Source: an uncultured Gemmatimonadaceae bacterium (GTDB lineage: Bacteria; Gemmatimonadota; Gemmatimonadetes; Gemmatimonadales; Gemmatimonadaceae). From it: 64,000 bases of DNA. Below, piece after piece: positions 40,282-51,750 of this stretch. The stretch's first letter is position 1. Every line of letters begins with the position of its first letter. The notes beneath the pieces were generated by a model. The model made no database searches, was not told the DNA's origin, and saw only the letters and a program-made list of their open reading frames with translations. Where the stretch lies: positions 736,001 to 800,000 of the forward strand of contig CAWBOC010000005.1 of the NCBI GenBank assembly GCA_963790305.1, read 5' to 3'. Both the position numbers and the translations under genes were made by a program.

Positions 40282-40304
40282 GCGGTGTGCCTCCTCGTTG
40301 TGCG

Positions 40305-41078
40305 CTAGCGCGAGGCGTCGTTCAGCTCGCGAATCCTGATGCGTCGAAAATGGACCTCGTCGCCGTGGTCCTGGAGGACGATGTGGCCACGACGACGCTC
40401 GGCGAATGCGGGAATCGGTTTGTACTTGCTCTTGTGAAGCAGCGAGTCCAGTCGAGGCGTGCCGAGGTCGAACTCCACGATCTTCACGCCGTTGAGCCAA
40501 TGCTCGCCGTGATTCCCGCGGAGGAGAATGCGGGCGCTGTTCCACTCGCCCACCGGATGCAGTCGCTTCGCTGCGCCTGGCTCGATGACGTCGTACAGCG
40601 AGCCCGACCGGTGGCTCGCGATCTTGTTGTCAGGATGCAAGACATCATCGAGCACCTGGTACTCGAAGCCGAGGGCGGCGTGATTCGACGCGTGCTTCAA
40701 CGACAGCTCCTCTGAGACGTTGTATTTCACGCCGCTGTTCGCTCCGGGCGTCACGCGCCACTCGAACGCGAGCTCGAAGTCGCGAAAGGATTCAATCGTC
40801 ATCAGGTCGCCACCCGCTGCCGGCTGCCCGTCAGCTTGCCGCTGCACTGTGGCGGTCGGAGTCTTCACGATCGCCCCGTCAATGACGCGCCAATGTGCGC
40901 TCGGCACGCTGTCGTAGCCGAGGCCGCGCCATCCATTCAGCGACGTCCCATCGAAGAGAAGCCGCCAGCCTGCCGCGCGTTCGGCCGCGGTGAGCTCGTT
41001 GGAACTCTGCGCCGCGGCCAGTCCAACGATTGTGTAGCTGGCTGCCGCGAGCGCGATACGAGCGAGACAGATACGCAT
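40305..41078 (-). CDS. DUF1080 (3-keto-disaccharide hydrolase-like) secreted protein
   Basis: GWRLLFDG, NSGVKY, GEWN and LQDHG..V.FR.I.IREL motifs. Confidence 0.92.
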   Translation of the reverse strand: MRICLARIALAAASYTIVGLAAAQSSNELTAAERAAGWRLLFDGTSLNGWRGLGYDSVPSAHWRVIDGAIVKTPTATVQRQADGQPAAGGDLMTIESFRDFELAFEWRVTPGANSGVKYNVSEELSLKHASNHAALGFEYQVLDDVLHPDNKIASHRSGSLYDVIEPGAAKRLHPVGEWNSARILLRGNHGEHWLNGVKIVEFDLGTPRLDSLLHKSKYKPIPAFAERRRGHIVLQDHGDEVHFRRIRIRELNDASR

Positions 41079-41209
41079 AGTCGGATTCTACTACTTGCGC
41101 CGTTTTGTCGCGAGAACTCCCTGGATGCCCGCCGCGAGGGAAGCAGACAGTGGCGCAATCGTGCCAGCCGCGGTACATGTAGGCAGTCCATTTCCTGTCC
41201 GGTCACGAG

Positions 41210-42826
41210 ATGAAAGTGCTCACAGTTGCCGCCCTGATTGCGGCAATGCTGTTTCCCGCGAGCGACGCGCGCGCACAGCCCACGCAGCAACACGATTTGG
41301 GAACGGTCGAGTTCGCCGTCTCCTGCTCGCCCGGGGCGCAAACGCAGTTCAATCGCGCCGTCGCGCTGCTGCACCACATGACGTACCCGCAGGCGCGCGA
41401 GGCCTTTCAGCAGGTAACCAAGGTCGATCCAACATGTGCGATGGCGCATTGGGGCATCGCCATGACGCTCTTTCAGCCGCTCTGGCCCACGCGGCCAGGT
41501 CCCGCCGAGCTTCAGCGTGGATGGCAAGAGGTTCAGGCCGCCGCGAAACTCGGACCTCCCACGGAGCGAGAGCGCCTGTTCGTGGAGAGCGCGGCGGCCT
41601 TCTTCCAAACCGGCTCGCTCGACTATTGGCAGCGGATTCGCCAATGGGAAGAAGCGATGGCGAAGGCATATCGTGCGTTCCCGCAGGATCCCAATGCGAC
41701 CGCGTTCTATGCGCTGGCGCACCTGGCCGCGGCCCCCGCCGACGCAGGTGCTCGCGCCCACTACGATCGCGCCGCGGAGCTGTTGCTCCCCGTCCACGAG
41801 AGGAACCCGGATCATCCGGGCGCGATGCACTACCTGGTTCATGCGAATGATGCCGTCGGGCGCGAGCGGGAATCACCTGCCATCGTGCGCAAGTACGACG
41901 CGTCGGCTCCGCAGAATCCCCACGCGCTCCACATGCCGACGCACATCTTCGTCCGCCTCGGCGACTGGGACGGCGTGATTCGCGGCAACCTCCGGGCGGC
42001 GGAGGCCGCGCTCGCGCATCCGGCCGGAGACGAAGGGCAATTCGTGTGGGACGAGTTTCCTCATGCAATCGAATACGCCGTATACGCGTATCTCCAGCAG
42101 GGCGCCAATGAGCTCGCCGCCACGCAGGTGAAGCGACTGGTCACAACAGCCCGCCTCGAGCCGACGTTCAAGACGGCGTTCCATCTCGCGTCCACCCAGG
42201 CTCGGTACGCGCTCGAGCGGCATGCCTGGCGCGAGGCGGTGTCGTTGCAGCCGCGAGAGCCCGCGGCATTGAGCTGGGATCGCTTCAAGTGGCCGGAGGC
42301 AGTGACCTGGTTTGCGCGCGGTCTCGGGGCGGTCCATCTCCGTGAGAGTGCCGTCGCGCAAACGGCCGCTCAGCGCCTGACAGAGCTCGAGACGACCGCC
42401 GGCACGAGCGGCGAGGTCCTGTTCGCCCGGCACATCCGCGTCCTTCGTCTGGCGGTGGACGCGTGGCGCGCCCACGCCGTGCAGCAGCGCGATTCGAGCG
42501 TGAAGCTGATGCGCGAGGCCGTGGCCCTCGAGGAGTCGACGCCAAAGCACGCCGTCACTCCGGGTCCGACGTTGCCGGCATCCGAGCTGCTCGGAGATCT
42601 TCTGCTGGCGCAGGCGCGCCCAGCGGAGGCCCTCGTTGCCTACCAGCGTTCGTTGAGCCTCTATCCGCGACGGTTCAACAGCCTGCTCGGCGTCGCGCGA
42701 GCCGCGCGTGCGTCAGGGAACCGAGCGCTCGCCCGGACTGCCTACGAGGAGCTGCTCGTCGTCGCCGGGAAAAGCACGCGGCACGCCGCGCTCCAGGAGG
42801 CGCGCGCGTTCGTCAGGGCGCGTTGA
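41210..42826 (+). CDS. Secreted tetratricopeptide-repeat protein
   Basis: Signal peptide; DPTCAMAHWGIAM, HPGAMHYLVHA and HALHMPTHIF motifs. Confidence 0.85.
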   Translation: MKVLTVAALIAAMLFPASDARAQPTQQHDLGTVEFAVSCSPGAQTQFNRAVALLHHMTYPQAREAFQQVTKVDPTCAMAHWGIAMTLFQPLWPTRPGPAELQRGWQEVQAAAKLGPPTERERLFVESAAAFFQTGSLDYWQRIRQWEEAMAKAYRAFPQDPNATAFYALAHLAAAPADAGARAHYDRAAELLLPVHERNPDHPGAMHYLVHANDAVGRERESPAIVRKYDASAPQNPHALHMPTHIFVRLGDWDGVIRGNLRAAEAALAHPAGDEGQFVWDEFPHAIEYAVYAYLQQGANELAATQVKRLVTTARLEPTFKTAFHLASTQARYALERHAWREAVSLQPREPAALSWDRFKWPEAVTWFARGLGAVHLRESAVAQTAAQRLTELETTAGTSGEVLFARHIRVLRLAVDAWRAHAVQQRDSSVKLMREAVALEESTPKHAVTPGPTLPASELLGDLLLAQARPAEALVAYQRSLSLYPRRFNSLLGVARAARASGNRALARTAYEELLVVAGKSTRHAALQEARAFVRAR

Positions 42827-42834
42827 GACCTGCC

Positions 42835-43420
42835 TTACGAGTCGCGCTGTCGCCACAGCCTCGGAATCAGCCGGCCGGTGCGCGCTTCGTAGGCCTCGTA
42901 CGGTGCGCCGAACTTGGCGCGGAGCATCGCCTCTTCCTCCGGCAACCCCTTCGATGATTCCTGCGACGAGCAAGGGCCATAGCGCGAGCAGGATCCAATT
43001 CAGCGTGCCAAGCGCCGCGCCAAGCCAGAGGGCCAACGCCCCCGAGTACATCGGGTGGCGCATCCACTGAAACGGACCGTGGGTGATCAACACGTGGTCC
43101 GGCAGGATCGCCAGTCCGGGAATGAGCTGGCGACCGAGGGTTCGTACCGTCCACGCCACGACGCTCACCGCATAGAGGCTTAGCGCGACTCCGAGCACGC
43201 GAAGAATCGGTTGCTCGATCGCCATTCTGCCGATCCCGGACAGAATGATCAGCGGGGGAACCAGCCACGCAACGAGGGCCCCGACTTCCGGGAGCGGCCC
43301 AATCTGCCGCTCGAACGCCGGTCGCTCACGACGAATGCGCGCGACGGTGCTCAAGAAGCCCACAATGTCGAGCGCATAGAGGGCGAGGAACCACAGGCGG
43401 AGCGCGCGATCCACTGTCAT
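42835..43420 (-). CDS. Isoprenylcysteine carboxyl methyltransferase (ICMT/PEMT) family; frameshift near 42948
   Basis: GPFQWMRHPMY; corrected end EEEAMLRAKFGAPYEAYEARTGRLIP. Confidence 0.87.
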
Positions 43421-43471
43421 AGACCTCTGCTTTGGCCTAACGGCCGGTCACCTGTTCGCGTGACATCGCGT

Positions 43472-44170
43472 TCAACTCACTCGGGCTGAGAACAGCGCGG
43501 CGCAGCCCACGACCGTGATGGAGACGTCCCGAAAGCGCTGAGTCAGCGCGTGGTGTAACCCTTCGAAATCATCGTGCTCGTTGGAGAAAATACCTCGCTT
43601 GTTGTAAACACCCATCAAGCGCGTCGCCAACCAGGTTCGGGAAACACCGCCCTGCAGCAATGTCGCCCCGAACAGAACGCCATTCGAATTCAGGAGCGGC
43701 CTGAGATGATCGAACGCGACGGCCTTTGACTCGATGGAGCCTGGAAGGCAGTGAAGCAGATAATTGATTCCGACAGAATCGAATCGCGCGGAGGTCAGGG
43801 AAATGGGCTCGAGGACGTTCCGCCGATAGGTCTCGGGTTGGTATCGCGCGATTCGTCGAGACGCATACTCCAGCGCGTTGGGATTGAGGTCCATCAACGC
43901 GATGCGCGGCGTGGACAATGGAAAACGGACGCGATCGAGGAAGTACCCGGTGCCTACCCCGACGTCCAGATGATTCGCCGTGATGTGGCTGTCGTAATGC
44001 GCTTCGAGGTGCCGAGTTGGACATTTCCAGACAAAGCGATTCGAGATGCGCAGCACCAGGAAATCGTAGAGCGCAAGCAACCGTGTCGAATAGATCGCCT
44101 GTCCCGCGACGACCTGCTCCGCATGTGAGCGCGCGGGGGCGCGACCCCGGCGGCCGGCACGTACCGTCAT
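43472..44170 (-). CDS. Class I SAM-dependent methyltransferase
   Basis: HLDVGVGTG, MDLNPNAL and YLLHCLPG motifs; appears lower in GC than neighbours. Confidence 0.9.
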   Translation of the reverse strand: MTVRAGRRGRAPARSHAEQVVAGQAIYSTRLLALYDFLVLRISNRFVWKCPTRHLEAHYDSHITANHLDVGVGTGYFLDRVRFPLSTPRIALMDLNPNALEYASRRIARYQPETYRRNVLEPISLTSARFDSVGINYLLHCLPGSIESKAVAFDHLRPLLNSNGVLFGATLLQGGVSRTWLATRLMGVYNKRGIFSNEHDDFEGLHHALTQRFRDVSITVVGCAALFSARVS

Positions 44171-44383
44171 CGATGAATCGTCGGGTCTACGCATAACGCC
44201 CATGCGCCGTTAGGCCAAGCGGCAGTGCGACATGTCGTGGGAATGTCGTGATGCGGTGGCCCACGCGCAACTGAACCTCCGGCCGCTGCCACGGGTCAAT
44301 CCGGGCCCCGAAACTTCTGAAGTGGCCTCGTCGTAAAGGGCGGGGCCATACCCGGCCCTCGGATTTCACCCCTTCCGTCTGTC

Positions 44384-45325
44384 ATGCGTACGAGAACCTA
44401 TCCGGACGAGACACCGCGCCCGCGCGCTCCTGCTCTGCTCCTCCTCATGATGGCCGGCATGGCGCTCGCCGGATGTCACCCCGGAAACGCGGACGCAAAA
44501 CAGCTCCGCGGCGCCTGCGATGAGGGAGATGTCGCGGCATGCAACCAGTTCGCGGTCAAGCTCCAGAAGGGAGAGTACGTCCTCCAGGACGACAAGCGAG
44601 CCGCCGAGCTGTTCGAGAAGGCCTGCGCGGGCGGCGTCGGGGACGGGTGCGCCAGCGTCGGAGTCTCCTACCTGCGCGGCCAGGGCGTCAAACGCGATTC
44701 AGCGCGTGCCCTCACGTTCTTTCAACAGGGCTGCGATCGCGGAGGGATGGATGGCTGCGCTCGCCTCGGCCTCGAGTACCAGCGGGGCGCAGGGGTCACC
44801 AAGGATCCCGTACGTGCGGCCACGCTCTTTCAAAAGGCATGCGATGGCGGAAACGTCACTGGATGCGCCCGCCTCGGCACCCTCTACGCCAGCGGCGAAG
44901 GCGTTAGGCAGGACTTCGCCAGGGCCGCAGACCTCCTGACGCGATCGTGTAACGCTGACGTAGCCGTCGGGTGTCTTGGGCTCGGCCGCTTGCATGCGAC
45001 GGGTGGCGGTGTCGCCCGAAACGACTCCGCCGCCGCGGCCCTGTTCGACGAAGCATGCAAGGGCAGGGAGGTCGACGGCTGCTTCGCGCGAGCGGTCGTG
45101 TTGCAGGCTGGCCTCGGCGTCAAGCAGAACCTCGAGGAGGCCGCGGATCTATACCGCGAGGCCTGCGAGGACCGACACGGCGAGGCGTGCTTCCGTCTCG
45201 CCGGGATGTACGACACCGGCGCCGGCGTGTACCGCCAGCCTGAGCGCGCCACACGCTTGCGTGGTCGCGCCTGCGATCACGGCTACACGGCGGCGTGCGA
45301 GAAGCCGAAGGCGGCGGCGAGCTGA
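44384..45325 (+). CDS. Sel1-like (Cys-rich, Hcp-type) repeat lipoprotein
   Basis: Lipobox LAGC; about seven 36-aa A...F.KAC..G...GC..LG..Y..G.GV repeats. Confidence 0.92.
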   Translation: MRTRTYPDETPRPRAPALLLLMMAGMALAGCHPGNADAKQLRGACDEGDVAACNQFAVKLQKGEYVLQDDKRAAELFEKACAGGVGDGCASVGVSYLRGQGVKRDSARALTFFQQGCDRGGMDGCARLGLEYQRGAGVTKDPVRAATLFQKACDGGNVTGCARLGTLYASGEGVRQDFARAADLLTRSCNADVAVGCLGLGRLHATGGGVARNDSAAAALFDEACKGREVDGCFARAVVLQAGLGVKQNLEEAADLYREACEDRHGEACFRLAGMYDTGAGVYRQPERATRLRGRACDHGYTAACEKPKAAAS

Positions 45326-46263
45326 TGGCGACCGGAGAAGCGCTGCTCGCCGTCGAGCGCCTGACGAAGCATTACGGCAACGTCGTCGCGCTCAACGACG
45401 TCAGCTTCACCATCACCGACGGCATCACCGGCATCCTCGGCGAGAACGGCGCGGGGAAGAGCACGGCCATCAAGATCTTCCTCGGGCTGCTGCGGCCGAC
45501 GTCGGGTACCGCGACCGTGCTCGGCCAGAACGCGTCGCGAGAGCATCGCGCGTGCGCGCGCGGCTCGGCTACATGCCCGAGCACGACTGTCTGCCGAGCC
45601 AGGTGAGCGCCGCCGAGTTCCTGACTCACATGGCGGAGGTGAGCGGCCTGCCGCCGGCCATGGCGCGAACGCGCGCCGCCGACACGCTGCGCCACGTCGG
45701 GCTGTTCGAGGAGCGGTACCGCGCGATCGGCGGCTACTCGACCGGCATGAAGCAGCGCGTCAAGCTCGGCCAGGCGCTGGTGCACGATCCCGCGTTCGTC
45801 TTCCTCGACGAGCCGACCGCGGGACTCGACCCTGCCGGCCGCGAGGAGATGCTGACGCTGATCCGGAAGACGCACCGCGAGTTCGGCATCAGCGTCCTGT
45901 TCTCCTCGCACCTGATGGCCGACGTCGAGCGCACCTGCGACCGCATCATCGTCCTGCAGGGCGGCCGGCTGGTGCAGTCGGGCGAGGTCGGACAGTTCAC
46001 GAAGGAGACCGAGACGGTCTTCATCGAGGTCGACACCAACCGTGAGGGGCTCGTGGCCGCGCTCGAAGCGGCGCGGCGTCGTGGTGACCGTCGACGGCAG
46101 CGGCCTGACGATCGAAGGTCCCGACGAATCGGTCTACGACCACGTGCGGGACGCGCTGGTCGAGGCCGAGGCGCCGCTGCGGCGGATGGCGCCGCGCCGG
46201 CGCGCGCTGACCGAGCTGTTCGAGCGCGAGTCCGACACCGCATACACGAACGGAGCTGCATGA
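45325..46263 (+). CDS. ABC transporter ATP-binding protein; multiple indels
   Basis: GENGAGKS, YSTGMKQR and FLDEPT motifs spread across frames. Confidence 0.88.
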
Positions 46264-47209
46264 CAGCCGAAGCGACTGCACAGGCGGAGGTCCACTCGAC
46301 GCAGTCCGCGAGCGGCACCGTCTTCGACATCGGATACCAGAGCTACACCGGCGCGCGCGAAGGCCGGGGCCGATCGCGGCGCGCGGTCTTCAAGGACGGA
46401 GTTCGCACCGCGCTGGGGTTCGGCCGCGGCGCGCGCGCCAAGATCCTTCCCTGGTTCTTCATCGGCGTGCTGGCGGCGATCGCCCTCGTCATGGCGATCA
46501 TTGCGGGCGCCGCCGAGCGGCTGGGCGGACCGGGCACGGCGGAGCGGCTGAACCTGCCGTCGCATTCCGACTTCTACGGGATCGCGTCGATCATCCTGTT
46601 CGTGTTCGCGGCGGTCGTTGGGCCGGAGCTGCTGTGCCGCGACCGGCGCGAGGGCGTGATCAACCTGTATCTCGTGCGGCCGCTCACCGGCTCCGACTAC
46701 ATCGTCGTCGCGGTGGGCGGCGTTCCTCGTCGTGATGCTGGCGGCGGCATGGCTTCCGCAGATCATTCTCTTCCTCGGCCTCTCGATGGGCGACCCGGTG
46801 CCGATGGCAGTATCTGCGCAAGCACTGGCTCGACGTCCCGAGGTTTCTCGCCGCCGGCGTCGGCGATGGCGGCGTACGCGACGACGCTGGCGCTGCTCAC
46901 CGCCTCGTTCACGACGCGGCGCGCGTACGCGTCGGTGTTCCTCGTCGGACTGTTCGTGATCACGGCGCCGTTCACGATCGGCCTCGCGCAGGAGATCGGC
47001 GGCAAGGCCGGGCAATGGATCTCGATGTTCAACCTCACGAACATTCCCGGTGCACGTGAACGACGTGATCTTCGGCGAGGTCAGCGAGATCACCGAGGAC
47101 GCGCCGGCCCGCGCGCTTCGGGTCGGCGGTGCTGGTGAGCTGGTACTTCATCTGGACGCTCGTGCCGGCCGCCATTCTGTGGTGGCGCTACCGGAGGCTG
47201 ACGCCATGA
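46260..47209 (+). CDS. ABC transporter permease; multiple indels
   Basis: VFDIGYQSYTG and DRREGVINLYLVRPL motifs; TM segments. Confidence 0.8.
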
Positions 47210-48142
47210 TCGCGACGCCATCCGCCGTCATCCGGGTCGACGGCGTCTCCCGCTGGTTCGGGAGCGTCGTCGCCGTGAGCGACGTGTCGCTTCGACGTGA
47301 TGCCCGGCATCACCGGGCTGCTCGGGCCTAACGGCGCCGGGCAAGACGACGCTGCTCCGCATGATGACCGGCCTCGCCGCCACCTCGACGCGGAACGGTC
47401 ACCGTGTTCGGCGAGCCGGTGCGCGACAACCCGCCGCTCTACCGGCGAATCGGCGTCATGTCGGAGCACGAGACGGTCTACGGCTTCATGAAGGGCCGCG
47501 AGTTCGTGCGCATGATGGGGCGGCTGCGCGGCGTCGACGACCTGGAGCGCGCGGTGGACCGCGCGATCGCGCTCGTCGACCTCGCCGATGCGCAGCACCG
47601 CGCCGATGGACACCTACTCGCGCGGCATGCGGCAGCGGATGCGGCTCGCCGCGACGCTGGTGCACGATCCGGAGATCCTCATTCTCGACGAGCCGCTCAA
47701 CGGCGCCGACCCGCGACAGCGCGTGCACTTCAAGCAGCTGCTCCAGCAGCTCGCCGCGGAGGGCCGGACGATCGTGCTCTCCTCGCACATCCTGGAGGAG
47801 GTCGAGCAGCTGGCGGACACCGTGCTGCTCATCGTGAACGGCAAGCTGGCGGCGTCCGGCGGCTTCCGCGCCATCCGCGCCGCGCTCAACCAGCGGCCGT
47901 ACCACGTGCGCGTGATCTGCGACGCGCCGCGCACGGCTGGCCGCGGCGGTCGTCAGGCTCCGACTCGGTCGATGCGGTGCACGTCGACCCCGACGGCGCG
48001 GTGCGTCGTCCTGAGCCGGAACGTGCTCGATCTCCAGATCGAGCTGCCCCGGCTCGCGCAGTCGGCGTGGATCAGCCTCCGCCGGGTGGAGCCGCTGGAC
48101 GACTCGCTGGAGAGCGTCTTCGGCTACCTGGTGGAGCGCTAG
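47206..48142 (+). CDS. Second ABC transporter ATP-binding protein; multiple indels
   Basis: GPNGAG(K), YSRGMRQR, ILDEPL and SSH motifs. Confidence 0.85.
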
Positions 48143-48144
48143 CG

Positions 48145-48862
48145 ATGGGCTCCGTCTATCGCCTGACGCTGCGCCAGCTGTCCGGCCGCTGGCGCCTCGT
48201 CGATCATGACGGTGCTGGCGGCGATGCCGGTGATCATCGCCGTGCTGATGCTGCGGTCCGACAGCGCGCCCTCGGTCGGGGAGTTCGAGACCGTGGTCCT
48301 GAGCGCGATGCTGGCCGGCTCGATCGCGCCGCTCGTCGTGCTCGCGATCGCGGCCGCCGCGTTCGCCAACGAGATCGAGGACCGGACGCTGGCCAATCTG
48401 ACGCTCTCGCCGATTCCGCGGTGGCAGATCGCGGTGCCCAAGCTCCTGGCGGCGATCACGATCGCGGCGCCGTTCATCGCGGTGAGCGCGCTTCCTGACC
48501 AGCCACGTGGCGTTCCTCGGCGACGCGAGGGCGACCGTCGCCGTCACCGTCTCGGCCGTCGTCGGCGTCGCGCTGTACGCGTCGGCCTTCGTGTGGCTCG
48601 GCCTCGTCACCACGCAGGCGATCGGCATCGGGCTGCTCTACATCGTGCTCTGGGAGGGATTCTTCTCCGGGTTCGTGTCGGGCGTGCGGCTGCTGAGCAT
48701 CCGCCACTATGCGATCGCGCTGATGCACGGACTGGACGAGCGCCGGTTCGCCGCGGGCAATCACCTGAGCCTCAGCGTCGCGATCATCATGTCGGTGCTG
48801 GTGTTCGGCGGGTTCCTGCTGCTCGTCGATTCGGCGGCTGCGCCGGATGGACGTGCCGTTAG
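48145..48862 (+). CDS. Second ABC transporter permease; multiple indels
   Basis: EIEDRTLANLTLSPIPRWQI and GLLYIVLWEG motifs; TM segments. Confidence 0.8.
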
Positions 48863-48866
48863 GGCG

Positions 48867-48956
48867 AAGGTGATCGAGGTCGTCAGGATGCTCGAGGTGC
48901 TCGAGGAGAGGCACGGCGTTGCCCTCGAGCACCTCGAGCACCTGGACCTCGACCAC
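48867..48956. repeat. 9-nt periodic palindrome, GAGGTCGTC family, copy 3
   Basis: AAGGTGATC GAGGTCGTC ... GAGGTGCTC GAGGAGAGGCACGGCGTTGCCCTC GAGCACCTC GAGCACCT... Confidence 0.85.
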
Positions 48957-50300
48957 TGCAACCTCCCACCGCAGCCGTCGACCGAACTCGCGGCGCAAAA
49001 ACCACATCGCCAGCGTGAGCTGCACCAGCACTGTCGCTACGGACAGATACCAGATCCATCGCAGCTGAAAGTCGGGCAGTCGCGCGAGCATCAGCGCGAA
49101 GAGCGACAGCAGTCCAATACGCACGCCCGACGCGACCAGCGAAGGAATGGTGTTCCCCATCGCCTGGAACATGCTCGACGCGACGAAGATCAAACCGGAC
49201 GCGACGAAGTTCCACGAGATGATACGGAGATACTCGGAGCCCACGGCGATCACGGCGGGATCCGTCGAGAACGCCGCCACCATGGACGCGGAAGCGATCT
49301 GGCACGCGATGGCAAAGAGTACCATGGCACCCGCCGCCATCGACGCTGCGTCGCGGAAGGTGCGCGTCACGCGGTCGGCGTGTCGCGCTCCGAAGTTCTG
49401 TCCTGCCACAGGTGCAACGGAGAATCCCAACGCGACGACCGGCATGAATCCAGCCTGGATGATTCGCATCCCGATGCCGAATCCGGCTTGCGCCGCGGCG
49501 CCGAACGGACGCGAAATGGAGTACACGATCGCCAGGTAGACGGCGGTGATGCCGAACTCGAAGCCTGCCGGAAGTCCGATCCCGAGCATCCGCTTCCACA
49601 GGTCGAGTCGCGGGCGCCAATCACGAAGCTCGAACCGCAGGTAGGCGTCGCGAGGAAGGAAGTACGTCGCCAGCCATACGATGCCGACCACGATGGCGAT
49701 GAGCGAAGAGATCGCGGCGCCCGCGACGCCGAGTGGGCGACCCGTTCCCCAGCCGAAGATGAGGAAGGGGGCCAGAATCATGTTGAGAACCACGGTGGCG
49801 CTGGAAACCACCATCCCCGGCTTGAAGTTCCCCACCGCGCGAAGCGCCGACCCCATCGCGACGAGCGCGAACTGAAGCGCCATCGCCGGGATGAACCAGA
49901 GCAGGTACTCGGCGGCGAGCGCGGCAGTCGTCGCGTCGGCGCTCATCGCTCGCGCGTACGGCCACCGCACCGCCATCCCGACGATGAGGAACGCAACCCC
50001 GGTGACCATCGCCAGCACCTGCGACTGGTTGAACAGGAGAAGCGCCTGCTCGTGATCCTTGCGACCGGTTGCATGCGACACGACTGCCGTGGTGCCGACG
50101 CCGAGCATCTGCGTCAACGCGAGGACGATGAAGGTGAGGTTGCCGGCGATACCGACCCCGGCCACCGCCTCCGTCCCCAAACGGCCAACCCAGTACAGGT
50201 CGATCAGGAAGTAGAGCGTCTGAAAGACCATGGTCACGAGCATGAAGCTCGTGGCCTTCAGCAAGTGGCGCGTGATGGGGCCGGTGGTGAGATCCTGCAT
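48957..50300 (-). CDS. MATE family efflux transporter (3' end uncertain; frame runs through the repeat to 48474)
   Basis: MQDLTTGPI, DLYWVGRLG, GQNFGA; about 12 TM segments. Confidence 0.9.
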
Positions 50301-50309
50301 GGAGGTCGG

Positions 50310-51728
50310 CTAAGAGAGTCGCGGAGGGTTCGGGAGTATCGTCTCATCGACGCCGAACGGCCATCGCTGCGTTTTCCACGACCAGATCAGGAAGACGGCG
50401 CACCCCAGGCCGAGAACGCCCAGACCGAACACGATGACCCTGAGCTGCGTCGTGACGAAAAGGAAGAGCCAGCCGACCAACGCGACCAGAGCGGGCAGCG
50501 GATAGAGCCACATTCGGTACGGGCGCGGCATGTCGGGCGCGCGACGCCGCAGCAGGATCAACCCGAACACCTGTCCCATGAACTGCACGAGAATGCGAGT
50601 GACGATCAGCGCGTCGATGACCGTGCCTAACGAAAAGAACCCGGCGACGATCGAAAGCGCTCCCAGCACCAGCAGCGAGACGTACGGGAACGCCTTTGTC
50701 GGATGCAGCTTGCCGAACGGTCGGAAGAAGTAGCCGCTCTTCGCCGCCGCGAAGGGGATGCGCGAGTACCCCAGGAGCAGCGCGAACACCGACCCGAAGG
50801 CGGTCCACAGGATCAGCAGCGTGAAGATCGTCGCCACACGGTTGCCATAGATCCTCTCCATGAAGACCGAGACGATGAAATTCGACTCCGGGTGCGCGGA
50901 CGCCGGCACGAATTCGCGCCACGGAATCACCCCGATGATCGAGAGATTGATGCCGATGTAGATCGCCGCGACGGCCGCGGTGCTGATGAGAATCGATCGG
51001 GGGATGACGCGGCCCGGGTCGCGCACCTCGTCACCGATGTAGCACACATCGTAGTAACCGAGGTAGTCGTAGATGCCGACGCGTGCCGCCGCGCCGAGTC
51101 CGAGAAAGAAGCCCAGCGAGAAGTTGAACGCGCCCGGCGGGAAGTCGAACGCGATGCGTGGATTGAAGTTCATGGCGCCGGTAACGATCACCGCGAGTAC
51201 GGTGATCAGCGTGCCGACCCACAGCGAGATCGTAATCTTGGCGATCGAGTGAATCTGCCGGTACAGCAGGGCGATGTTCACCAATCCGACCGCGACGATG
51301 AGCACGATTCCTTCGGTACGCGTGAGTCCCTTCCACAGATACGTCGCGTACGAGGCGAAGCCAATGTACCCGGACGCGATCTCCAGCGGGCCGCTGAGCA
51401 GGAACTGCCAGACGAAGAGGAACGCCATCAGCCGGCCGAACCGCGCCGGGCCGAACGCCTCGCGCAGATAGTGGAAGGATCCCCCCGATCCGGGCATCGC
51501 TGCACCCAGCTCGCTCCACACCATCCCGTCGCAGATCACGATGACCAGCGCGACGATCCACCCGAGCAGGGCCTGCGGACCGCCGAGCGCCGACATGAGC
51601 AGCGGAATCGTGATAAAAGGCCCCGCGCCGAGCATGTTCGTCATGTTCAGCGCCGTCGCCGGCAGGAGGCTGAACCGGCGGTGGAGCTGTGGCTGGTCGA
51701 CTGGGGCTTTCGTAGGTTCCATTACCAT
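50310..51728 (-). CDS. APC family amino acid permease
   Basis: GAGPF, ELGAAMPGSGG, EVRDP..IPRSI and RPYRMWLYP motifs. Confidence 0.93.
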   Translation of the reverse strand: MVMEPTKAPVDQPQLHRRFSLLPATALNMTNMLGAGPFITIPLLMSALGGPQALLGWIVALVIVICDGMVWSELGAAMPGSGGSFHYLREAFGPARFGRLMAFLFVWQFLLSGPLEIASGYIGFASYATYLWKGLTRTEGIVLIVAVGLVNIALLYRQIHSIAKITISLWVGTLITVLAVIVTGAMNFNPRIAFDFPPGAFNFSLGFFLGLGAAARVGIYDYLGYYDVCYIGDEVRDPGRVIPRSILISTAAVAAIYIGINLSIIGVIPWREFVPASAHPESNFIVSVFMERIYGNRVATIFTLLILWTAFGSVFALLLGYSRIPFAAAKSGYFFRPFGKLHPTKAFPYVSLLVLGALSIVAGFFSLGTVIDALIVTRILVQFMGQVFGLILLRRRAPDMPRPYRMWLYPLPALVALVGWLFLFVTTQLRVIVFGLGVLGLGCAVFLIWSWKTQRWPFGVDETILPNPPRLS

Positions 51729-51750
51729 TTCCCCCTCATCGTCCGAGTCT

